A DNA stretch of 64,000 nucleotides from the NCBI GenBank assembly GCA_902826455.1, contig CADEEV010000001.1, positions 298,983 to 362,982 of the forward strand. Reading direction: 5' to 3'. Numbering within the stretch: position 1 is the stretch's first letter; each line of letters opens with the position of its first letter. Both the position numbers and the translations under genes were made by a program. The notes beneath the pieces were generated by a model. That model was not told the DNA's origin. It saw nothing but the letters and a program-made list of their open reading frames with translations, and searched no databases. Of this stretch, positions 57,716 through 64,000 are shown one piece after another. This stretch comes from an uncultured Acidobacteriota bacterium (GTDB lineage: Bacteria > Acidobacteriota > Vicinamibacteria > Fen-336).

Positions 57716-60013
57716 ATGGCCGCAGCCGCTCCAGCCCCCCTCAGCATCCGGCAGCGCGTCAAGGAACAGGCGTTCCGCATCAAGCGCGTGAAGCAGATGG
57801 ACCGCCTGGCGGTCGGGTTCATCACCTTCGGCGGGCTCTTCATCATCGTCGCGGTCCTCTTCATCTTCGTCTTCATCCTGTCGGAAGCGCTGCCGCTGTT
57901 CCGGCCGGCCACTGGCCAGGCCCGCGGCGTCGTGAACCTGGCCGCCGTGCCGCCGCCGACCCTCCCGCCGGCGACCGTGGCGACGGCGCCCGCGCCCAAG
58001 GCCGCCAGCCCCGGCGAGCTGGGCAAGCCCCTGGTGATGGGCACCGACGAGTACCAGCTCTACTTCTACGAGCTGCTGTCGGACGGCCGCACGGCGTTCT
58101 TCAAGACCGACGGCACGTTCGCCAAGGAGGTCACGTCGACGGCCCTGGCTCCGTCCAAGGTCGCCTCGGCGTCCCGCAGCCTCACCGACAACTTCGTGGC
58201 GATCGGCACCGACGACGGTCGCGTGCTCCTGCAACAGGTGCGCTTCCGTCCGCGCTACGAGAACCAGAAGCTCGTCGACCTCGAGACCGAGGTGAGCGAG
58301 CGCGGCGTGGTCGAGCTCGACGCCGCGAAGCGGCCGATCCGCGAGATCGCCTACGACGAGAAGGACGGCCGCAAGACGGCGATCGCGGTGGCGGGAGACG
58401 ACGACATCCTCGTCTACCGCACGGACGACGACGGCACCGAGCACCGCGAGGCCCTGAAGACCCGGGACGGCGAGAAGGTCACGCGGGTCCGCATCGGCCG
58501 CAGCGACACCCTGATCGCGGCGACCGACAGGGGTCACCTGTACCACTGGGAGCTCCTGCCCGAGGTGCGCCTCACCGAGGTGGTGAAGGTCTCGAACGAG
58601 CCGATCACCGCGGTCGAGTACGTGCTCGGGGGCATCACGGCCATCGTGGGCGACGCCAAGGGGAACCTGAGCGCGTGGTTCCGCGTGCGCCTGCGCGAGG
58701 ACGACACCGACCTCAAGTTCGTGAAGGCTCACGAGTACGCGCCGCAGGGCGTCGTCATCGCCGCGATCGGCCCGTCGACCCGCGACAAGAGCTTCGTGAG
58801 CGCCGGCTCCGACGGCTCCCTGGTGCTGCGCCACATGACCTCGGAGCGCAGCCTGCTCGAGTTCCCGTCGACCCAGGCGCCCGTGGACTCCGTCCTGCTG
58901 ACGCCCAAGATGGACGGGATCCTCGCGAAGCAGGCCGATGGCAAGGTGGCCCGCTACGAGATCTCGAGCCCGCATCCCGAGGTGTCCTGGCGCGCGCTCT
59001 TCGGCAAGGTCTGGTACGAGGGCTACACGAAGCCCGAGTACGTCTGGCAGTCGACCGGCGGCACCGACGACTTCGAGACCAAGTTCTCGCTGGTGCCGCT
59101 CGTCTTCGGCACGATCAAGGGCACGCTGTATGCGCTGCTCTTCGCGATACCCCTGGCGATCCTGGGGGCGCTCTACACGTCGCAGTTCATGCACCCGTCG
59201 ATCAAGGCGCGGGTCAAGCCGACGGTCGAGATCATGGCCGCCCTGCCCAGCGTCGTGGTGGGCTTCATCGCGGGCCTCTGGCTCGCCTCGCGGGTGGAGC
59301 GCGAGATCGTGCCCGTGCTCCTGATGATGGTCCTGCTGCCGTTGTTCGGGACGCTCGGCATCCTGCTGTGGGATCGGCTGCCGCGCGCCTTCCGCGACCG
59401 TCTGCGGCCCGGCATGGAGATCGCGCTGATCGTGCCCCTCGTCTGCCTGGGCGGGGTGGTGGCCGTCTGGATCGGCCCGCTCACGGAGGCCGCGCTCTTC
59501 GGAGGCGACTTCCGGCTCTGGGTGAAGAGCGCCCTCGACGTGGTCTACGACCAGCGCAACTGCCTGGTCGTCGGCATCGCGATGGGCTTCGCGGTGATCC
59601 CCATCATCTTCACGATCGCCGAGGACTCGTTCTCGAGCGTGCCCCAGCACCTGACGGCGGCCTCGCTCGCCCTCGGGGCCAGCCGCTGGCAGACCGCGAT
59701 GCGGGTGGTCCTGCCGACCGCGAGCCCGGGCCTGTTCTCCGCCGTGATGATCGGCTTCGGCCGCGCCGTCGGCGAGACCATGATCGTGCTGATGGCCACC
59801 GGCAACACGCCGGTCCTCGACTGGTCGATCTTCAACGGCATGCGCACGCTCTCGGCGAACATCGCCGTGGAGATCCCCGAGGCGCCCTACGGCGGCACGC
59901 TCTACCGCACGCTGTTCCTCGCGGCCCTCGCGCTCTTCCTCATGACCTTCTTCGTCAACACGATCGCGGAGCTGATCCGCCAGCGGCTGCGCGACCGCTA
60001 CCGGGCCATCTGA
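57716..60013 (+). CDS. pstC: Phosphate ABC transporter permease PstC (long form with a large N-terminal periplasmic domain)
   Basis: 765 aa; the C-terminal ~300 aa carry the PstC TMs and EAA loop; the N-terminal ~450 aa are an extra domain, as in long-form PstC proteins. Confidence 0.9.
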   Translation: MAAAAPAPLSIRQRVKEQAFRIKRVKQMDRLAVGFITFGGLFIIVAVLFIFVFILSEALPLFRPATGQARGVVNLAAVPPPTLPPATVATAPAPKAASPGELGKPLVMGTDEYQLYFYELLSDGRTAFFKTDGTFAKEVTSTALAPSKVASASRSLTDNFVAIGTDDGRVLLQQVRFRPRYENQKLVDLETEVSERGVVELDAAKRPIREIAYDEKDGRKTAIAVAGDDDILVYRTDDDGTEHREALKTRDGEKVTRVRIGRSDTLIAATDRGHLYHWELLPEVRLTEVVKVSNEPITAVEYVLGGITAIVGDAKGNLSAWFRVRLREDDTDLKFVKAHEYAPQGVVIAAIGPSTRDKSFVSAGSDGSLVLRHMTSERSLLEFPSTQAPVDSVLLTPKMDGILAKQADGKVARYEISSPHPEVSWRALFGKVWYEGYTKPEYVWQSTGGTDDFETKFSLVPLVFGTIKGTLYALLFAIPLAILGALYTSQFMHPSIKARVKPTVEIMAALPSVVVGFIAGLWLASRVEREIVPVLLMMVLLPLFGTLGILLWDRLPRAFRDRLRPGMEIALIVPLVCLGGVVAVWIGPLTEAALFGGDFRLWVKSALDVVYDQRNCLVVGIAMGFAVIPIIFTIAEDSFSSVPQHLTAASLALGASRWQTAMRVVLPTASPGLFSAVMIGFGRAVGETMIVLMATGNTPVLDWSIFNGMRTLSANIAVEIPEAPYGGTLYRTLFLAALALFLMTFFVNTIAELIRQRLRDRYRAI

Positions 60014-61650
60014 TGAACGCCCTCGTGAAGTCCTGGCGGCGCGGCGATCCGATGGTGTGGTTCACCGGCAGCGCCCTGGGCATCTGCATCCTGATGATCG
60101 TGGGGCTCGTCCTCGTCATCCTCACCAACGGCTTGAGCTTCTTCTGGCCGAAGGCGCTGACGCAGCTCACCTTGAAGGACGGCAGCGTCCTCATGGGCGA
60201 GCTCGCGTCGAGCGAGCCCATCCCGAACCCGGGCCACCCCGACCACCTCCAGAAGCAGCGCCTGCTCGTGCGCGTGGGCAACCGCGACGTCTACGGCTTC
60301 GACTTCAAGTGGGTGCCCGAAGGCGACATCGCGAAGCAGGAGCGGCCTCGCGACGCCTACTTCGTGGAGCGCCGCGAGTACGGGCCGTTACTCGGGACGC
60401 CGGTCCGGGTGAAGCAGGGCGACAAGATCCTGGCCGAGGGCGCGGCCGCCGTCGAGCTCGCCCTCCCGGGCCTGATCGCCCGTGCTGCGGAGGACCGCTC
60501 CGCCATCGAGCGCATCGAGAAGCACGAGATCGGCGACATCAACTACGAGATCGAGCGTCTGCGGCTCGAGTCCCGCGCCCTCGACCTCGCGGCCAGCCGC
60601 GGCCAGGACGTGGCCGAGAAGCGCGCCGACGTCGAGCGCGCCACGGCGGCCCAGAAGGCGCTGTTCCAGACGAAGACCGACGAGCTCGCCCAGCTCACCG
60701 AGCGCGTCGCCGGCACCTGGGTCGCCTTCGTCACCGCCGACGGCCAGGAAAAGGAGCTGCGGTCCCTCGACATCTACCGCTCCTACGCCGCGAACCAGCT
60801 CACCCTCCTCGGACGGCTCTCGGTCTACGGCGGCCGGCTCTGGGCCTTCTTCATCGAGGGTCCGCGCGAGTCGAACACCGAGGGCGGCATCTTCCCGGCC
60901 ATCTTCGGCACCGTGATGATGGTGATCATCATGAGCATCATCGTGGTGCCCCTGGGCGTGCTGGCCGCGCTCTACCTGCGCGAGTACGCGAAGCAGGGCC
61001 TGCTCGTCCGGATCGTCCGGATCGCGGTCAACAACCTGGCCGGCGTGCCGTCCATCGTCTTCGGCGTGTTCGGCCTCGGCTTCTTCGTGTACACCGTCGG
61101 CGGCACGATCGACGCATTGTTCTTCCCCGAGGCGCTCCCGACGCCGACTTTCGGCACCGGAGGCATCCTCTGGGCGGCCTTGACCCTGGCGCTCCTCACG
61201 GTGCCCGTCGTGATCGTGTCCTCGGAGGAGGCGCTCGCCGCCGTGCCGCGCTCGATGCGCGAGGCGTCCCTCGCCATGGGCGCCACGAAGTTCCAGACCA
61301 TCCTGCGCGTGGTGCTGCCGGCGGCCGCGCCCGGCATCCTCACGGGACTGATCCTCGCCATGGCGCGCGGCGCGGGCGAGGTGGCGCCGCTGATGCTGAC
61401 GGGCGTCGTCAAGCTGGCGCCCGAGCTGCCCGTCGACGGCTTCTTCCCGTTCTTCCACTTCGACCGGAAGTTCATGCACCTGGGCTTCCACATCTACGAC
61501 GTGGGCTTCCAGAGCCCGAACGTCGAGGCGGCGAAGCCCATGGTCTACACGACGACGATCTTCCTGCTCCTGATCGTGGTGCTCCTGAACCTCACCGCGA
61601 TCGTGGTCCGCAACCGGCTTCGCGAGAAGTACAAGACCGGCGCCTTCTAG
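60013..61650 (+). CDS. pstA: Phosphate ABC transporter permease PstA (long form)
   Basis: 545 aa; PstA TMs and EAA loop (EASLAMGATKFQTILRVVLP). The ATG overlaps the pstC stop (TGATG). Confidence 0.9.
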   Translation: MNALVKSWRRGDPMVWFTGSALGICILMIVGLVLVILTNGLSFFWPKALTQLTLKDGSVLMGELASSEPIPNPGHPDHLQKQRLLVRVGNRDVYGFDFKWVPEGDIAKQERPRDAYFVERREYGPLLGTPVRVKQGDKILAEGAAAVELALPGLIARAAEDRSAIERIEKHEIGDINYEIERLRLESRALDLAASRGQDVAEKRADVERATAAQKALFQTKTDELAQLTERVAGTWVAFVTADGQEKELRSLDIYRSYAANQLTLLGRLSVYGGRLWAFFIEGPRESNTEGGIFPAIFGTVMMVIIMSIIVVPLGVLAALYLREYAKQGLLVRIVRIAVNNLAGVPSIVFGVFGLGFFVYTVGGTIDALFFPEALPTPTFGTGGILWAALTLALLTVPVVIVSSEEALAAVPRSMREASLAMGATKFQTILRVVLPAAAPGILTGLILAMARGAGEVAPLMLTGVVKLAPELPVDGFFPFFHFDRKFMHLGFHIYDVGFQSPNVEAAKPMVYTTTIFLLLIVVLLNLTAIVVRNRLREKYKTGAF

Positions 61651-61656
61651 AAGGAA

Positions 61657-62511
61657 ATGAGCGCAATGTCCCAGGGAACGACGAAAGCGCCGCCCGACAG
61701 CGGGCTGCGCATCCGCACCGAGGTCAAGGCCGCCGTGGCGCCCGCCGCGGACAAGGGCGAGCCCGACATCACGATCGACGCGGTGAACCTGAGCTACGGC
61801 GACAACCACGTCCTCCACGACATCACCATGGCCATCGACGACCGGCGCGTGACCGCGTTCATCGGACCGTCGGGGTGCGGCAAGTCGACGCTGCTGCGTT
61901 GCCTCAACCGGATGAACGACCTCATCGACAACGTGAGGATCACCGGCAAGATCACGGTCAAGGGCCTCGACATCAACGCCGCCACGACCGACGTGATCGA
62001 GGTGCGGCGCCGCATCGGCATGGTCTTCCAGAAGTCGAACCCGTTCCCGAAGTCGATCTACGAGAACGTGGTGTACGGCCTGCGCATCGCCGGCATCAAC
62101 GACAAGGCGACCCTCGACGAGGCCTGCGAGCGCAGCCTCAAGGGCGCGGCACTGTGGGAAGAGGTGAAGGACCGCCTCGACGAGAGCGGGCTCGGGCTCT
62201 CCGGGGGACAGATGCAGCGGCTCTGCATCGCCCGCGCCATCGCCGTCGAGCCCGAGGTGATCCTGATGGACGAGCCCTGCTCGGCCCTGGACCCGATCGC
62301 CACCCTCAAGATCGAGGAGCTGATCTACGGCCTCAAGGACAAGTACACGATCGTGATCGTGACCCACAACCTGCAGCAGGCCGCCCGGGTCTCGGACAAG
62401 ACGGCGTTCTTCTGGCTCGGCAGGCTCGTGGAGTACAGCCCGACGGCCGACATGTTCACGAAGCCCGGGGACAAGCTGACGGAGGACTACATCACTGGCC
62501 GGTTCGGTTAG
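61657..62511 (+). CDS. pstB: Phosphate ABC transporter ATP-binding protein PstB
   Basis: Walker [25 protein letters not shown] signature, Walker B ILMDEP. Confidence 0.95.
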   Translation: MSAMSQGTTKAPPDSGLRIRTEVKAAVAPAADKGEPDITIDAVNLSYGDNHVLHDITMAIDDRRVTAFIGPSGCGKSTLLRCLNRMNDLIDNVRITGKITVKGLDINAATTDVIEVRRRIGMVFQKSNPFPKSIYENVVYGLRIAGINDKATLDEACERSLKGAALWEEVKDRLDESGLGLSGGQMQRLCIARAIAVEPEVILMDEPCSALDPIATLKIEELIYGLKDKYTIVIVTHNLQQAARVSDKTAFFWLGRLVEYSPTADMFTKPGDKLTEDYITGRFG

Positions 62512-62566
62512 AGCGCGGGCGGAGAGCGCGGGGACGCCGTCGATCGCGGACACATAGGAAAGAGTC

Positions 62567-63244
62567 ATGGAACGCCATCATTTCGAAGACGACCTGCAGG
62601 CCCTGAAGCAGCGCCTGCTGACGATGGGCGCCCTCGTCGAGGAGCGCGCGCACCAGGCGATCGCGGCGCTCATCCACCGGCGCCTGGACGAGGCGGAGGC
62701 GGTGATCGCGGCCGACAAGGAGGTCAACGACTTCCAGATCGAGATCGACGACCGCTGTCTCAAGCTCCTGGCCCTGCAGCAGCCCATGGCCACGGACCTG
62801 CGCCTCATCACGTCGGCCATGAAGATCAACGCCGATCTCGAGCGCATCGGCGACCAGGCCGTGAACATCGCCGAGAACACGATCAAGCTCCTGCCCCAGC
62901 CCCCGCTCAAGCCGCTCATCGACATTCCGCGGATGGCCGACATCGCGGAGAAGATGACGCGCGACTCCCTCGACGCCTTCGTGCGCAAGGACGCCGAGCT
63001 CGCGAGGAGCGTGCTCACGCGAGACGACGAGGTGGACCAGCTCAAGGACCAGGTCTTCCGCGAGCTGCTCACCTACATGATGGCGGACCCCGGCACGATC
63101 CAGCGGGCCCTCGCCCTGATCCTCATCAGCCGCAACGTGGAGCGCATCGCCGACCACGCCACCAACATCGCCGAGGACGTGATCTTCCTGGTGGAAGCGA
63201 AGGACGTGCGCCACGGCCGTGAGAACGAGGAGGTGGAGAAGTGA
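62567..63244 (+). CDS. phoU: Phosphate signalling complex protein PhoU
   Basis: 225 aa; two PhoU repeats (ERIGDQAVNIAE / ERIADHATNIAE). Confidence 0.9.
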   Translation: MERHHFEDDLQALKQRLLTMGALVEERAHQAIAALIHRRLDEAEAVIAADKEVNDFQIEIDDRCLKLLALQQPMATDLRLITSAMKINADLERIGDQAVNIAENTIKLLPQPPLKPLIDIPRMADIAEKMTRDSLDAFVRKDAELARSVLTRDDEVDQLKDQVFRELLTYMMADPGTIQRALALILISRNVERIADHATNIAEDVIFLVEAKDVRHGRENEEVEK

Positions 63245-63966
63245 AGGAGATCGACACGCGCCGCCGCGTCGTCCTCATCGAGGACGATCACGACATCGCC
63301 GAGGCCATCACCTACCACCTCGAGAAGGCCGGTCTGCAGGTGAAGGTCGCCCGGACCGGCGAGGAGGGCCTGGACGCCGTGCGCAAGGGAGTCGACCTGG
63401 TGCTCCTCGACCTCAACCTCCCGGGCATGGACGGCCTCGAGGTGTGCCGCCTGATCCGGCGCCAGGCCACGACGGCCCACGTGCCCATCATTATTGTTTC
63501 GGCCCGCGCCGACGAGGTGGACCGCGTCCTGGGCCTCGAGATGGGCGCCGACGACTACGTCGTCAAGCCGTTCAGCCTGAAGGAGCTCGCGGCGCGCTGC
63601 CGCGTCGCGCTGCGGCGCGCCGATGGCGGCGGGGAGGCTCCCCAAGGCTACCGGGACGAGAACTTCGAGGTCGAGTTCGACGCCTTCACCGTGCGCTACC
63701 GCGGCAGCGAGATCCGCCTGACGCCCAAGGAGTTCGAGCTGTTCCGCTACATGGTCGAGCGGGCCGGCCGGGTGCTCACGCGCGAGCGCCTTCTCGAGCG
63801 CGTGTGGGGCTACGAGAGCGACGTCGAGAGCCGCAGCATCGACGCCCACATCCGGCGCCTGCGCATGAAGCTGGGGGCGGCGCGCCACCACGTGGAGACG
63901 GTCGTGGGCATCGGCTACCGGTTCGTCAAGGACGCGAGCGCCGGCTCGTCGGCGCGCTCGGCCTGA
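63241..63966 (+). CDS. phoB: OmpR-family response regulator PhoB
   Basis: REC domain (LLDLNLPGMDG) plus winged-helix trans_reg_C (LTPKEFELFRYMV...GIGYRF). ATGA-type overlap with phoU. Confidence 0.9.
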   Translation: MKEIDTRRRVVLIEDDHDIAEAITYHLEKAGLQVKVARTGEEGLDAVRKGVDLVLLDLNLPGMDGLEVCRLIRRQATTAHVPIIIVSARADEVDRVLGLEMGADDYVVKPFSLKELAARCRVALRRADGGGEAPQGYRDENFEVEFDAFTVRYRGSEIRLTPKEFELFRYMVERAGRVLTRERLLERVWGYESDVESRSIDAHIRRLRMKLGAARHHVETVVGIGYRFVKDASAGSSARSA

Positions 63967-64000
63967 CGCACTTCGTCTAAGCTCTCGGGCGTGTCCGACC

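Overview
This is a ~64 kb high-GC (~70%) bacterial chromosomal segment that is almost entirely coding, with about 57 genes and no tRNA/rRNA, CRISPR, transposase or integrase. The lineage is inferred to be Acidobacteriota-like, based on a TIGR03436-type VWFA protein, a CarboxypepD_reg TonB-dependent receptor, a CadC-like regulator fused to a beta-propeller, and several eukaryotic-type Ser/Thr kinases; Myxococcota cannot be excluded. Because of the GC content, most long Arg/Pro-rich ORFs in the six-frame track are antisense artefacts. Real genes were chosen by recognisable domain content and their start codons were re-placed. The main blocks are: (1) 1-9745, minus-strand metabolic genes (PaaZ-like ALDH, oligopeptidase B, a PuuB/PuuP-like amine oxidase and permease operon with hydrolase, SDR and thioesterase, and SUI1). 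(2) 10012-12081, archaeal-type MetAP, a DHH phosphoesterase and cspA with a clean promoter and terminator. (3) 12231-22654, secreted peptidases plus a Ser/Thr-signalling neighbourhood (tandem-PilZ protein, two STPKs of which one is an STPK-PEGA-TonB_C fusion, 7Fe ferredoxin, lactonase, Nramp-like transporter). (4) 22713-33709, a sulfur island: cysM-mec-cysO, dtd, an Rrf2 regulator, DUF2292, an OprO/P-type porin, sbp-cysTWA, a cystathionine gamma-lyase/synthase, DinB and RidA. (5) 33824-44580, an HxlR regulator, a TonB-dependent receptor, two tandem sulfatase-family TPR lipoproteins that lack the formylglycine motif, a CadC-like beta-propeller regulator and a VWA protein. (6) 44583-50576, fumC, an orphan hybrid histidine kinase, a csoR-trxA operon with tandem CsoR-type operators, and a PP2C phosphatase. 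(7) 50591-54699, a phosphoester/lipid-remodelling cluster (UgtP/MGDG-synthase-like GT28, PHP, PAP2, NPP) lying immediately upstream of (8) a complete Pho regulon, oprP-pstSCAB-phoU-phoB, carrying Pho-box-like 11-bp-phased direct repeats.
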